DNA of 64,000 nucleotides from an uncultured delta proteobacterium (GCA_963711835.1 CAVQFQ010000022.1:15887-79886); one strand, 5' to 3'; positions 8,607 through 19,613 are shown, counted from the first letter of the stretch. Program-made: numbers and translations. Notes: a model not told the origin generated them from the letters alone.

Positions 8607-8884
8607 TTTTTAGCCACAGACCAAATCAGCCCGGCAAAGCCGCAACCAATGTAGCGAGTTCCCCTTTCCCAGTCCTCCTGGTGGCAAAAGATGCATTTAA
8701 AGCCCTTTTAGCCACCGACCCACACAGACAAAAGCGGATCCCGCCGGCGGGACTGGCACGAGTTAAGATGCTCTTTAAATCCATAGATCTATGGTGATGC
8801 CCGGTTTTTCGTGCCCGATGGGCCTGACGGTTAGGGTGGCGGCAGGTCGCCGCCACCCTGTCCAGTTTTTGTCTGTGGTAGAAA
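8607..8884. repeat. Palindromic intergenic element, family B (short unit 8607-8690 plus full unit 8706-8884)
   Basis: TTAGCCAC(A/C)GACC ends; GCGGATCCCGCC..GCGGGACTGGC and GGCGGCAGGTCGCCGCC shared with 15008-15211. Confidence 0.85.
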
Positions 8885-8894
8885 TATCTTCTGG

Positions 8895-10265
8895 TTAGGC
8901 GAATTTCGGTTTGGGAAAATTTTCCAGGGCTTTTAAGGACTTTTGAATTTCCTCGTCCGGCAATTCATAGTCGCTCAGCTTCCCCTCGAAATAGGCACCA
9001 TAGGCCGCCATATCCACCAAGCCATGTCCGCTCCAGTTGACCAGGATGGTCTTGGCTTTGCCTTCCGCCTTGCATTTCTTGGCCTCTCGAATGACCGAGG
9101 CTATGGCATGATTGGTTTCCGGGGCCGGAATATAGCCTTCGGTTCGGGCCCAGGTCACTCCGGCGGCAAAGGTCTCCATCTGGTTGACGGCCAGCGGTTC
9201 AATAAGTTTATCCAGAATCAACTGGGAGACAATAGGGGCCATGCCGTGATAGCGCAGTCCTCCGGCATGAATGGGTTGCGGAATAAAGGTATGACCTAAG
9301 CTGTGCATGGGCAGAAAAGGGGTCATTTGAACGGTATCCCCAAAGTCGTAGACAAAGGGGCCTTTGGTCATAGTCGGACAAGAGGTCGGTTCAACGGCGA
9401 TAACCTGGACCTGTTTTCCGGCAATCTTATCACTGATAAAGGGCAGGGCCAGTCCGGAAAAATTACTCCCGCCGCCGGCGCAGCCGATGACGATATCGGG
9501 GTAATCCCCTATTTTTTCAAGCTGCTTCTTGCACTCTAAGCCAATAATGGTTTGATGGAGCATGACATGGTTGAGAACGCTTCCCAGGGAATATTTGGAA
9601 TTGGGTGTCGTAACGGCATCTTCAACAGCCTCGCTGATGGCGATCCCCAAGCTTCCCGGAGAATTGGGGTCCTGTTCCAGGATTTTTCTTCCGGCCTTGG
9701 TATCCGGACTGGGACTGGGGACGCAGGTCGCTCCCCAGGTATTCATCATCAAACGCCGGTAGGGCTTCTGGTCAAAACTGATTCGAACCATATAGACCTT
9801 GACTTCCAATCCGAAGAGGGCCGCTGCAAAACTGAGGGCGCTGCCCCATTGGCCGGCCCCGGTTTCGGTGGCAATCCGTTTGGTTCCGAAGACCTTGTTA
9901 TAGTAGGCTTGGGGGACGGCTGTATTAGGCTTATGGCTTCCGGGCGGGCTGACCCCTTCATTTTTAAAATAGATCTTGGCCGGCGTCTCTAAGAAGGCTT
10001 CCAGGGCATAGGCCCGGACCAGGGGGGTAGGGCGCCAAATGAGGTATTTTTCCAGGACCGGTTCAGGGATATCGATCCAGCGCTGGGGGCTGACCTCCTG
10101 TTCAATGAGGTTCATGGGAAAGATAGGGGCCAAATCATCGGGGCCGACAGGCTGCCCGGTTCCAGGGTGAAGCGGAGGCTGCATAGGAGTCGGCATATCA
10201 GGTAAAATGTTATACCATTGACGGGGCATTTCATCTTCACTTAAAATAATTTTTTTTTGAAACAT
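8895..10265 (-). CDS. trpB2: TrpB-like PLP enzyme (tryptophan synthase beta, TrpB2)
   Basis: [35 protein letters not shown]. Confidence 0.95.
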   Translation of the reverse strand: MFQKKIILSEDEMPRQWYNILPDMPTPMQPPLHPGTGQPVGPDDLAPIFPMNLIEQEVSPQRWIDIPEPVLEKYLIWRPTPLVRAYALEAFLETPAKIYFKNEGVSPPGSHKPNTAVPQAYYNKVFGTKRIATETGAGQWGSALSFAAALFGLEVKVYMVRISFDQKPYRRLMMNTWGATCVPSPSPDTKAGRKILEQDPNSPGSLGIAISEAVEDAVTTPNSKYSLGSVLNHVMLHQTIIGLECKKQLEKIGDYPDIVIGCAGGGSNFSGLALPFISDKIAGKQVQVIAVEPTSCPTMTKGPFVYDFGDTVQMTPFLPMHSLGHTFIPQPIHAGGLRYHGMAPIVSQLILDKLIEPLAVNQMETFAAGVTWARTEGYIPAPETNHAIASVIREAKKCKAEGKAKTILVNWSGHGLVDMAAYGAYFEGKLSDYELPDEEIQKSLKALENFPKPKFA

Positions 10266-10799
10266 GTTTCCTCCTTCTTCGGATGTTTGAAATAGTTCAA
10301 GCTGCTTCAAAAACTAAAACGATTTCTCACCTCCCTCTGCGGCTGACATCAAACCCTGTAACTTTAACGTGGAGCTGTCCTGAAGAAACAACGTTGTCCA
10401 CGGCTGTGCCCACCTGTTTTCTTGGAATTCGGAGACCCCATAAAGAACCCTTCGTCATTCGAAATTCCATGTTCGATATTCGTTTTATTCTTACTTGATA
10501 GGCTATGTGCCGGCTTGAAATAAGTTCGTTTTTTAAAACGTTACCGTAAAAGGATGCGAAACTTTTAACTCTAAAACAGGCCTTAAAGGGGGGGCAACTA
10601 ACTATTGCCTTATCCGTTAAAATAGGAGAGAATTTCAAAAGGAATACGCTCAGGGTCTTCAGGCCAAGCCCTATTAATTATGAACTATATATGAGGAGAA
10701 ATGAACCTGTCAAACAAATTTAGGGTCTTCTTGCCTTTGGTTCCCGATTGGGAAGAAAAGAGAGAAGGCCGGAAAGCGATTTGATCCCGGCCCTGACTG

Positions 10800-11333
10800 A
10801 TGGAAAAAGAAGCAGTTGCCCTGAAAGGGATTTTGGATGAATTATGGAGGGATAAAGCCCCCTGGGTAGATCCCCTGATCCCCCAAATCATCGAGGCCTG
10901 GAAAACGGTCATTCCAGAATCGCTGCGATCGGGCCTGTATTTGGAAGGGTATCGTGAGGGGACTCTTTACCTCTTGGTCTCCAATCCCATTGCCGGCCAA
11001 CAGTTCCAATTCTTCAAGGAATCCTGCGGTGAACGGATCAACGCCCTTTTAAATCGCCCGCTCGTCAAAAGGTTCCGAATCCGGGCCGGAACCCCCCCGC
11101 CGGCCGTTGAAGCGGGAGAACCCGCTCAGGCATTCTGCCCGCCGGCGCCGCGAAAACTGACGCCTAAAGAAATCAAAAGGATTAGCCGGATTTGTTCCGA
11201 AATCAAGAATCCCGAGGTCCGCCGGCGCGTTCAGTCGGCCCTGGAGAAAAGCTGCTCTTCCCAAGGGGAAAACTTTTTTGAAGCTCCGGACTGTAAACCC
11301 CGATCCGCTCGTAAACGATTAAAGGGGGAGTGA
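10800..11333 (+). CDS. DUF721/DciA-like protein
   Basis: W...I...GTLYLLVSNP...QF.FFK...INALL pattern. Confidence 0.7.
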   Translation: MEKEAVALKGILDELWRDKAPWVDPLIPQIIEAWKTVIPESLRSGLYLEGYREGTLYLLVSNPIAGQQFQFFKESCGERINALLNRPLVKRFRIRAGTPPPAVEAGEPAQAFCPPAPRKLTPKEIKRISRICSEIKNPEVRRRVQSALEKSCSSQGENFFEAPDCKPRSARKRLKGE

Positions 11334-12018
11334 TCATAAGCTCTTCCCGGCCGCGGAAGGTTGCTTCGAGAAGCACCCATTGGGCCGGCTTTCCCTGAAA
11401 AGAATGGACCAGGCGCATTCTCTTGGGCTCCAGGTGAAACCGACGGGAATGAACCAGAAGGCCGACTAATCTTCGGACCGGATAGATCATAAACAATTTG
11501 CCGCCTTCCTTAAGTCCATGGGCTGTTGCCTGAAAACACTGCTCCAGGGTGGCCAGAATTTCGTGGCGGGCGACGGCTTTTTGGGGGTGGGGATTAATCC
11601 GGCCGCTGTTCAAAGGACGATAGGGCGGATTCATAACTACGGCATCCAGGGTGCCGGCCTGGAAGAAAGAGGGGAGTTGCTTCAAATCGCCCCGGATGAT
11701 AAAGACGCGACCTTGAAGGCCGTTGAGCCTGACATTACGGGAAGCCAGATCCGCTAAAGAAGGCTCCCATTCCAAGGCAAAAACGGTTGCCGAAGGGAAT
11801 TTGCCGGCCAGTAAAAGGGCCAGGATCCCGCAGCCGGTGCCCAGATCCAGGACCCGGGCCCCTTGGCCTAAATGGGTAAAGGCGGATAAGATCAGGGAAT
11901 CGAGCGAAAAGCGATAGCCTTTTTTTTCTTGAATGATCTGAAAGGACCCCCGTTCCCAGGTGTCCAAGCTTTCGCCCTTTTTAACCGGCTCCGGGCTAAT
12001 CGATCCGGATGGAATCAT
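11203..12018 (-). CDS. tRNA1(Val) adenine-N6-methyltransferase-like
   Basis: GYRFSLDS, VLDLGTGCG, NPPY, ARHE. Confidence 0.88.
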   Translation of the reverse strand: MIPSGSISPEPVKKGESLDTWERGSFQIIQEKKGYRFSLDSLILSAFTHLGQGARVLDLGTGCGILALLLAGKFPSATVFALEWEPSLADLASRNVRLNGLQGRVFIIRGDLKQLPSFFQAGTLDAVVMNPPYRPLNSGRINPHPQKAVARHEILATLEQCFQATAHGLKEGGKLFMIYPVRRLVGLLVHSRRFHLEPKRMRLVHSFQGKPAQWVLLEATFRGREELMITPPLIVYERIGVYSPELQKSFPLGKSSFSPGPTERAGGPRDS

Positions 12019-13351
12019 GGGGATCCAGTAAATTCATTACCAGACCGGTAAGGGTTTTCGGATAGAAGTAGGTGGATTTGCGGGGCATGACCAGCGAGGC
12101 CTCGGCAATCCGGCGGACCTGTTCAATGGGGGTCGGGTTGAGGAGGAAACTCATTTCACACTTCCCGGACTCAACTAACTTCAAAGCCTGCTGGACATCC
12201 TTGCAATATTCGATGATATTTTCATGATCCAGTTCCTCCCGGCTGAGACCTAAAGCTTTCTGGAAAACGAATCGGCTCAATATCAAGACGTCCAGTTCGC
12301 GGAGCAGGGGATGTAAATCCTGCCCCCAGGGGCCTTCCAGACTTTCCTTCTTTAGGGTCAAGAGATAAAAACAGGGCGAGGAGGCAAGGATAAGTCCAAA
12401 GGTCGGGGCTTCCCCGCCCTTTTGTTTCAACCGGGAAAGCAGGTCCTGACTGCTTTGGGACTTGGTCTCCACGGTAAAAGGGATTTTCTCAATCAAGAAA
12501 TCCTCCGAGACCTTTTTTTCGAATTGATCCCGGTCCATATCGACGGCCCTTTTAAAGGCCCGATGGACCGGAAAAATCGTCAATCCCGGATCTGTCATAT
12601 TGCAGAGGAACATGAGGGTAAAATTGAAAGGGGAATTGGCGCGCCAGCGGGGATATTTTTTCTTCATCGCCCCTTGGTAGGCCAAGCCGGTTTCGTAGCG
12701 GTGATGGCCGTCGGCAATAAAAACATTTTTGTCTTTGAAAATATGCCGGACTTCCTTTAAGGTGGAAGGGTCGGTTACCCGCCAGACCTGGTGGCGGATC
12801 GAATCGGGATCATAAAAATCCATGAAGGGCTCATGGTCGGCCCGGCTTGAAAGAAGGGAAAGAACGGCGTTCTCCGGGTCGAGATAAAAAGAGAAAATAG
12901 GACAGAAATGCATTTGCGTTTGTTCCAGAAGGTGGTAACGGTCCTGCTTATGGGCCGAAAAGGTCTTTTCGTGCGGCCGCACCTGGCCGGTTTCAAAGGG
13001 CTCCAATCCTAATAACGAAATAAAACCCGTTCGAATCCGGATCGCTTCTCCGGAAACCCGGTAATGAATTTTATATAGATAGATGGCGGGCTGTTCGTCC
13101 TGAACAAAGATCTTTTTTTCCTGCCAGATCCTCAGGATATGGGCAGCCCGGGTATAGCGATTGTCTTCGGGCGTATCGCTGGGGAAGGTAAGTCCATAAT
13201 CCAGGCGGATGATGTTGTAGGGATGTTGGGTGTAATAAGCCGATTGTTGCTGGGGACTGATCACATCGTAAGGCGGGGCTACCAATTGAGACAGGTCGGA
13301 AGCCATTTTGGGATTATAAAGGACCCCTTTAAAGGGAGCGATAATTGCCAT
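11996..13351 (-). CDS. DUF1015 family protein
   Basis: APPYDVI, PHEKT, IADGHHRYET, MPRKSTYFYPK. Confidence 0.92.
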   Translation of the reverse strand: MAIIAPFKGVLYNPKMASDLSQLVAPPYDVISPQQQSAYYTQHPYNIIRLDYGLTFPSDTPEDNRYTRAAHILRIWQEKKIFVQDEQPAIYLYKIHYRVSGEAIRIRTGFISLLGLEPFETGQVRPHEKTFSAHKQDRYHLLEQTQMHFCPIFSFYLDPENAVLSLLSSRADHEPFMDFYDPDSIRHQVWRVTDPSTLKEVRHIFKDKNVFIADGHHRYETGLAYQGAMKKKYPRWRANSPFNFTLMFLCNMTDPGLTIFPVHRAFKRAVDMDRDQFEKKVSEDFLIEKIPFTVETKSQSSQDLLSRLKQKGGEAPTFGLILASSPCFYLLTLKKESLEGPWGQDLHPLLRELDVLILSRFVFQKALGLSREELDHENIIEYCKDVQQALKLVESGKCEMSFLLNPTPIEQVRRIAEASLVMPRKSTYFYPKTLTGLVMNLLDPHDSIRID

Positions 13352-13542
13352 TGAGAGTGCCCATCCTTATCCTAAATAAATCAAAACCGGAAAATTTTTA
13401 TAACATGCTGCCTCCTCAGGGTAAAGAATTATTTGGTTTTACTGATCCGAAACGGGTGCGGATGATGACTTTTCGGGCACGAGACACCACATCCCGGCCA
13501 ATTCACGACGGCCGGATGAATCGTTCAGGAGAGTGACGGCCA

Positions 13543-14967
13543 ATGAAGAAGTCTGAGCTCCATCGGACCATCGGTAAGATAATCCAGACCTATCGTCTTT
13601 TTGATCCCGGAGCCAAGATCCTTATTGGGGTATCCGGAGGTCCTGATTCCATGGCCCTGCTTTCTTTGCTGACGGAATTAAGGCCCGCCTGGAATCTAAC
13701 TTTGACCGTCTGCTACTGCCACCACGGTCTCAGGTCGGCGGCGGATGAGGAAGAGTCTTTTGTAGCGGATTGGGCCGGGCGCTTGGGGTGTGCCTTCGTC
13801 AGCCAAAAATTATCCCTCCCGCTCTTCCTGAAAAAGGGTGGCTGGTCGATTCAGGAAGCGGCCCGGCTTCTCCGCTATCAGGCCTTTCAGCATCAAAAGC
13901 AAAACCAGCAGGCCGACCGGGTGGCCTTAGGCCATACGGCCAATGATCTGGGGGAAGAAGTCCTGATCGGATTGATCCGGGGAGCGGGTTTAGGGGGGCT
14001 GGCCGGGATGCCAATCCGGCGCGAGGCCTTTGTCCGCCCCTTGCTGAAAACCTACCGTGAGGAAATCCTCCACTACCTGAGCGAAAAAAGCATTCCTTTT
14101 AGAGAGGACGCCTCGAATCGGGATGGCCGTTATCTCCGGGCCCGTATCCGGCATCATCTTCTTCCGGAACTGACCCGCTATTCCCCCAATATAATGGCCC
14201 AACTGAATCGGACGGCCTGGATCCTTCAGGAAGATGAAGCCTTTCTTCAGCAGCGCGTGCACCAAGCGGAAAAAAAGATCGCCGTTTATAGGGGTCCGTC
14301 GGTCCGCTTTTTTCGAGAAAAGCTGGCCGCTCTTCCTCAGGCCATAAGCTCCCGTCTGATTCAGAAAGCCCTTTTACAGCTTAAGGGCAGTCTGAGAAAA
14401 ATCAGCTCGGTTCATCTTCTGGCCATAATTCAGGCCGCCGGAAGCAGCTCCCGGAAAGGGAGACTCCCGTTACCTTTGGGTTGGGAGGCCTGGTGGAATA
14501 AGGAGGAAATAGGTCTTCGACCCGTCACCTCGATTCCCCCGAGGGTCGGTTTGTTTTCTTATCGGCTTGAGCGGCCGGGAAAGATTCTTATTAAGGAGTC
14601 CAAGACCCTCCTAATCTTTAAAAAAGTCGCAATTCTTCCGGGCCATTCTTTTAGAGATCAAAATCCATCCCGAGCCCGGGTGGACCTTCAGAAACTCTCC
14701 TGGCCGCTGCTGATTCGCAACCTGGAGCCGGGAGACCGCTTCCAACCCTTAGGCCTGAAAGGCTCAAAAAAGGTCCATCGGTTTTTGATGGACCGGAAGG
14801 TTCCCGAGGCCCTTCGTTCCGCTATTCCCCTGATCCTTTCAGGGGGGCAGGTGGTCTGGGTAGCCGGAATGGCTATAGCCCAGCCTTTTGCCCTCGATCT
14901 CGGTTCGCGGGCGGCCCTGGAAATGGAATGCCGGATAACCGATCCAAATTTAATGGCCGAAAGCTGA
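13543..14967 (+). CDS. tilS: tRNA(Ile)-lysidine synthetase
   Basis: SGGPDSMALL, RPLL, EDASN, GDRFQPLG. Confidence 0.95.
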   Translation: MKKSELHRTIGKIIQTYRLFDPGAKILIGVSGGPDSMALLSLLTELRPAWNLTLTVCYCHHGLRSAADEEESFVADWAGRLGCAFVSQKLSLPLFLKKGGWSIQEAARLLRYQAFQHQKQNQQADRVALGHTANDLGEEVLIGLIRGAGLGGLAGMPIRREAFVRPLLKTYREEILHYLSEKSIPFREDASNRDGRYLRARIRHHLLPELTRYSPNIMAQLNRTAWILQEDEAFLQQRVHQAEKKIAVYRGPSVRFFREKLAALPQAISSRLIQKALLQLKGSLRKISSVHLLAIIQAAGSSSRKGRLPLPLGWEAWWNKEEIGLRPVTSIPPRVGLFSYRLERPGKILIKESKTLLIFKKVAILPGHSFRDQNPSRARVDLQKLSWPLLIRNLEPGDRFQPLGLKGSKKVHRFLMDRKVPEALRSAIPLILSGGQVVWVAGMAIAQPFALDLGSRAALEMECRITDPNLMAES

Positions 14968-15007
14968 ACTATTTGGTATAGTGCCCGGCAAGAGAGATCC
15001 AGACCTC

Positions 15008-15211
15008 TTTTTAGCCACAGACCCACACGGACAAATGCGGATCCCGCCAGCGGCGGGACTGGCGCGAGTAAGATACTTACTATTTTCATAGCTCTTGGCA
15101 AGGCACTGTTTTTAACGCCCGACCTGCTTGCGCGCTGCGCGCAGGCAAGAGGGCCTGCCGGGAGCATGGCGGCAGGTCGCCGCCATGCTGTCTGTGTGTG
15201 TCGGTGGCAAA
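15008..15211. repeat. Palindromic intergenic element, family B, copy 2
   Basis: TTAGCCACAGACCCACAC...GTGTGTGTCGGTGGCAAA with internal hairpins. Confidence 0.85.
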
Positions 15212-15268
15212 GATCTTTTCCGAATTTTTCGGGTTAGGTTACGGGAGAGGGATTCTTACCGTTTAAGC

Positions 15269-16712
15269 ATGAAACTACCCTTATTTTATCGATTGACCAT
15301 CGGTTATGTAGTTATCTTTCTTTTTATGGCCGCCGCCAGTTTTTACGCCATCCAAGTGCTCCTGCAGTTTAATCAGGTGGCGGCTATTCTGGACCAGGAT
15401 AAAAAAATCAACGAATTTCAAGGAAAACTTTCCGACCTGCTTCTTTCGGAAATCCAATTTGAGAAAAAATTTATTCTCATCAAGGACACCTCCCTCCGGG
15501 ATCAATTTGTCCAGGCCCAAGAGGATTTCAAAAATAACCTATCTGAGCTGGCTTCCTTGGCCGGGGAAAATAAAGGAAAGCTGATCCTGGAACAAATCAC
15601 GAGCCGGCATGACCGTTATGTGGCCCTTTTTTCCGAGGAGGTTGACCTTATCCATACGCGGCGCAGTTATCGGAAAGAAGACTATAATGCAATAAAGGAG
15701 GAGATGGTGCAGGGCATCATTGCCGGGCTGAAGGAATTGGCCGGGCATAGCCAGATTACAACCTACCAGCGGATCAAAGAATTAGGGGAAACGGGGCTGG
15801 AGGCCAGCCGGATGGACTTTATCATCAGTATGGCTTCTCTATTATTTTTAATCCTCTTCACCGTTTTCATGACCCGGAGCATCACCCGACCTTTGTCGGC
15901 CTTGACCGAGAAAACCAAAAAGATTACCGGAGGGGACTTTAGCGGGGATCTGAAGATCACCTCCCCACCTGAGATCAAGGCCTTTGCCGATGCCTTTAAT
16001 TCCATGTGCCTTCGATTACAGGAAGTGGAAAAAATAAAAAGCGACTTTTTCTCCCTTATGTCTCATGAACTGCGGACTCCTTTGACCTCGATTAAGGAGG
16101 GAACCAACCTCTTGCTGGAAGGGATCGGAGGAGAAGTCAACGAAAAACAAAAAAAACTCCTGTCGATAATCTCCCAGGAGAGCAACCGTCTCATCCGATT
16201 GGTCAATTCCCTCTTGGACCTTTCTAAGATGGAAGCCGGTATGATGAAATATGCCAAGACCGGCACCAACCTGGGCCAGCTTATCCATCAAGCCGTCAAA
16301 GAGATTGACCCGCTTCGGGAATCCAAACAGATTACCTTGGACGTTAACCTGGAGGAACAAGTTCCCCAGATCAAGATCGACCGGGAGAGGATTCTCCAGG
16401 GGTTGCGAAATCTTCTCGGAAACGCCGTCAAGTTTACCCCCCCGGGAGGCCGGGTAACCGTGATTCTTGCAGGCCTTTGAAAAAGGGGTAAAGGTAGCGA
16501 TTTCCGATACCGGCCCGGGGATCCCGAAGGATCTCTTACCCGCCATTTTTGAGAAGTTCCAACAGGCCAATCTCACCCAATCCAGCCAGATCAAAGGGAC
16601 GGGCTTGGGTCTGGCCATAGTCAAACATATCATCACCAGTCATGGAGGAAGAATTTGGGTAGAAAGCGAACCGGGAAAAGGAAGCACCTTTACCTTTTTC
16701 TTGCCCTTTTAA
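15269..16712 (+). CDS. HAMP sensor histidine kinase (GlrK/QseE-like), frameshifted near 16470
   Basis: Two TMs, HAMP, SHELRTPLTSI, N-box; G-boxes continue in ORF 16467-16712. Confidence 0.9.
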
Positions 16713-17494
16713 TCGTTCTCCCGGCCTCAGGGTGTGCTACCTTAGAGGAATGGGTCCGGCCGCAGGAGGCCAGGGAGCAACTCGCTGAAAGTCATGATCT
16801 GATAAGCCGGGGAGAGTTTGGGCATTTCTTTAATATCAACGAGAAAATCCTGGCTGAATTCCCCAAAAATCCGCCCGGGGACGAGGCCCTTTTTAATCTG
16901 GGACTCCTTTTCGCCCACCCCGACAACCCCAAAAAAGACTATAAAGTCTCCCGGGATTTTTTTAAATGGATCAGGAGAGATTTTCCCAATAGTCCTTTAT
17001 CGGGAAAAGCAAGAATCTGGGAGGGAACCCTTGGGGACCTTCTTGATCTGAAAAAACAACTTGGGGAGATGAAGGTTAAAACGGAGGCCGGAAGAAAAAA
17101 GCTTGAAAACCTGGAAGCACTTTTATTAAAACAGGAAGAAGCCAAAGCGGAAGTTAGGGCCCTTCGGGAACCGTTTCAACAGGGCTTGGCCCACCTGGCC
17201 AATGGAGATTATGAGGGAGCCATTGAAATAAACCAGAAGGTTTTAGCCCGCTACGGGCAGAAACCGCCCGGGGATGAGGCCCTTCATTATCTGGGTTTGA
17301 TTTATAGCCATCCGGGAAATCCCAGAAAAGATTATAAAAAATCCGTCACTTTTTTCAAGAGGCTGATTAAGGAATTCCCTCAAAGCCCTTTCAGCGAAGA
17401 GGCTAAGATTTGGCTGGGAATCCTGGATGTCATTGAAAAAACCAAAGAGATCGATATTGAAATTCAACAAAAAAAGAAGCAATTGAAACGATAG
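16655..17494 (+). CDS. TPR lipoprotein with internal duplication (QseG-like position)
   Basis: Lipobox ASGC; PPGDEAL..LGL...HP.NP.KDYK.S..FFK occurs twice. Confidence 0.85.
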   Translation: MGRKRTGKRKHLYLFLALLIVLPASGCATLEEWVRPQEAREQLAESHDLISRGEFGHFFNINEKILAEFPKNPPGDEALFNLGLLFAHPDNPKKDYKVSRDFFKWIRRDFPNSPLSGKARIWEGTLGDLLDLKKQLGEMKVKTEAGRKKLENLEALLLKQEEAKAEVRALREPFQQGLAHLANGDYEGAIEINQKVLARYGQKPPGDEALHYLGLIYSHPGNPRKDYKKSVTFFKRLIKEFPQSPFSEEAKIWLGILDVIEKTKEIDIEIQQKKKQLKR

Positions 17495-17502
17495 GCAAGC
17501 GC

Positions 17503-18924
17503 ATGCCCTCAGAAAAAATATTGGTCGTCGATGATGATCTGAATCTCCTGGAACTGATTAAGATGAGACTGGAGTCTGCCGGCTATGAGGTCTTTGCCGC
17601 TTCCCGGGAGGAAGAAGCCCGGCAGGCTGCCCAAGGCCAGAATTTCGACCTGGCGGTCCTGGACCTTCAGTTGGACCATAAGGATGGAATCGCCTTGATG
17701 GAAGAGATTCATCTGCTGACCCCGACCCTGCCGGTGGTCATCCTGACCGCTTATGGGAGTATTGAAAGCGCCGTGGAAGCCATAAAACGGGGGGCCTATA
17801 CCTACCTGACCAAACCCTTTGATCCCCGGCAGATTCTGCTTGAAATCAGAAAGGCCATCGAAACCAGCAAGCTGGCTTCTGAAGTCAAACGGCTTAAAGT
17901 CCTTTTGGAGGAACGCTATGACTTCAAAAACATCATCGCCAAAGGCAAGGCCATGCAGCAGGTTCTGGAACAGGTTTCCCTTATTGCCCGAACCGATTCT
18001 ACGGTTTATATCTACGGAGAAAGCGGAACCGGAAAGGAATTGATAGCCCGGGCCATTCATTTTGCCAGCCCCCGAAGGGATAAGCCCTTTGTTCCGATCA
18101 ATTGTGCGGCCATCCCGGAAACCTTGCTTGAAAGCGAGCTTTTCGGTTATGAAAAAGGGGCCTTCACCGGCGCCGTGAAAAGCTCCAAAGGACTTTTTAC
18201 CCAGGCCCACGGCGGGACTATTTTATTGGACGAAATCGGCGATATGCCCCTTTCCATCCAGGCCAAGCTTCTGCGGGTCCTCCAGGAACGTCAATTCAAC
18301 CCCATTGGAAGCCAGAGCCCGATTGATGTCGATGTCAGGGTCCTGGTAGCCACCAATAAGGATCTGGAAGAAGAGGTCAGGGCCGGCAAATTCAGAGAAG
18401 ACCTCTTTTTTCGTGTTCATGTGATCCCCATCCAGCTGCCCCCTTTGCGGGAACGGAAAGAAGATATTCCCCTTTTGGCAGACCACTTTGTCAAAAAAAT
18501 CGCCCAGCACATGAAGAAAAAAATTTCCAGTATCGACCCCCAGGCCATGAAAAAACTTATGATTTACGATTGGCCGGGCAACGTCCGGGAGCTGGAAAAC
18601 AGCATCGAATATGCCTGCGCCATGTCCCAACAAAACATACTCACCGAAGATATGATTTTACCTGCCAGGGGACCTCTTTTTGAATCAAAAAAACCAACGA
18701 AACGATCTCAAGCAGGCCTTCCCGCTGAAAACCTAACACCGCTAAAAGAGGCCAGGGGGGTATTTGAAAAAAACTACCTGAACCGGCTTCTGGAAGGTAC
18801 CTCAGGAAATATCACCAAGGCCGCCCAATTAGCCGGCTTATATCGGGCCGACCTGTATAACCTTCTTCGAAAATATGGAATCAGTCCGGGGCGATTTAAA
18901 GGCAATGCGGCGGCCAAATCATAG
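17503..18924 (+). CDS. Sigma54-dependent response regulator (NtrC/GlrR-like)
   Basis: Receiver domain, GESGTGKE, GAFTGA, WPGNVRELEN, HTH. Confidence 0.95.
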   Translation: MPSEKILVVDDDLNLLELIKMRLESAGYEVFAASREEEARQAAQGQNFDLAVLDLQLDHKDGIALMEEIHLLTPTLPVVILTAYGSIESAVEAIKRGAYTYLTKPFDPRQILLEIRKAIETSKLASEVKRLKVLLEERYDFKNIIAKGKAMQQVLEQVSLIARTDSTVYIYGESGTGKELIARAIHFASPRRDKPFVPINCAAIPETLLESELFGYEKGAFTGAVKSSKGLFTQAHGGTILLDEIGDMPLSIQAKLLRVLQERQFNPIGSQSPIDVDVRVLVATNKDLEEEVRAGKFREDLFFRVHVIPIQLPPLRERKEDIPLLADHFVKKIAQHMKKKISSIDPQAMKKLMIYDWPGNVRELENSIEYACAMSQQNILTEDMILPARGPLFESKKPTKRSQAGLPAENLTPLKEARGVFEKNYLNRLLEGTSGNITKAAQLAGLYRADLYNLLRKYGISPGRFKGNAAAKS

Positions 18925-19310
18925 AGTTTGTCCCAAAGTTAGGTGATTTTTAAGCTATCCATACATAAAGGGTTTCGGGGGTCTTGATTTCAAGGATTGT
19001 CCGCCAAAACGCCGTCAGCCTGAACCCGGGCAGGAAGTTTATAATGGGGTTTAGAAACAGGCCAACACCAAGGCTATTTTTCGTCTGGGGTGAATACCCG
19101 GCTCCTAACCAACTTAGAAATTCGGGCCGGGTTCTTCGCATCCAAAACAATGCTCAGTCCCACTCCTGCGGAGTGGATCCCAGTTTGGGGCTACTGATAC
19201 CCTTTCGGACAACCTTGAAATCAAGACCCCTGAAACCCTTTGGGGAATTTTAATATTTTAATAGGCTACCCCTTCGGTTTAAGAATCACTTAACTTTGGG
19301 ACTGTCCCTA
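18922..19310 (+). mobile_element. MITE-like nested-hairpin element, family C, copy 1
   Basis: Outer IR GTCCCAAAGTTAGGTGATTTTTAA / TTAAGAATCACTTAACTTTGGGAC; inner IR 18967-19003 / 19206-19241. Confidence 0.8.
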
Positions 19311-19597
19311 AATGTTGTTTTGTATGGTAAGGCCTTCAAAGGCCCCTGTTTAAATTGTTCCTTTAAATTAAAAGAGTTATATGAGGTAACCCTTCAGTTC
19401 CTGTAGGGAATTCATACAGTTCTGGTTGTGTCTCAAAAATAAATTCCATTTAATTCCAGGATGTTATCATCAAGTTTTTGTTTTCCAAGGCCGCTTTTTG
19501 TTTGTAAGCAGCCGACCGGGGGGCCTGATACCGCCTTATTGTTTGTAACAAATTGATATTTTTAATAATAAAATAATTAGGGGTCCTGTTCAGGTTT

Positions 19598-19613
19598 AGG
19601 CATTTTTTTTGCT
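19598..19613 (+). promoter_or_regulatory. Sigma54 promoter
   Basis: AGGCATTTTTTTTGCT, GG-N10-GC; palindrome CTGTA-N9-TACAG at 19401-19419 is a candidate upstream activator site. Confidence 0.6.

Noticed and set aside
10290-10560. Possible further palindromic element upstream of trpB2 with TTCGA(A/T)A units
   Set aside because: Inverted repeats are short and no second copy is in the window
18950-19253. Small ORFs inside repeat elements (also 56996-57220, 8626-8856, 25562-25812)
   Set aside because: Frames are not conserved between repeat copies
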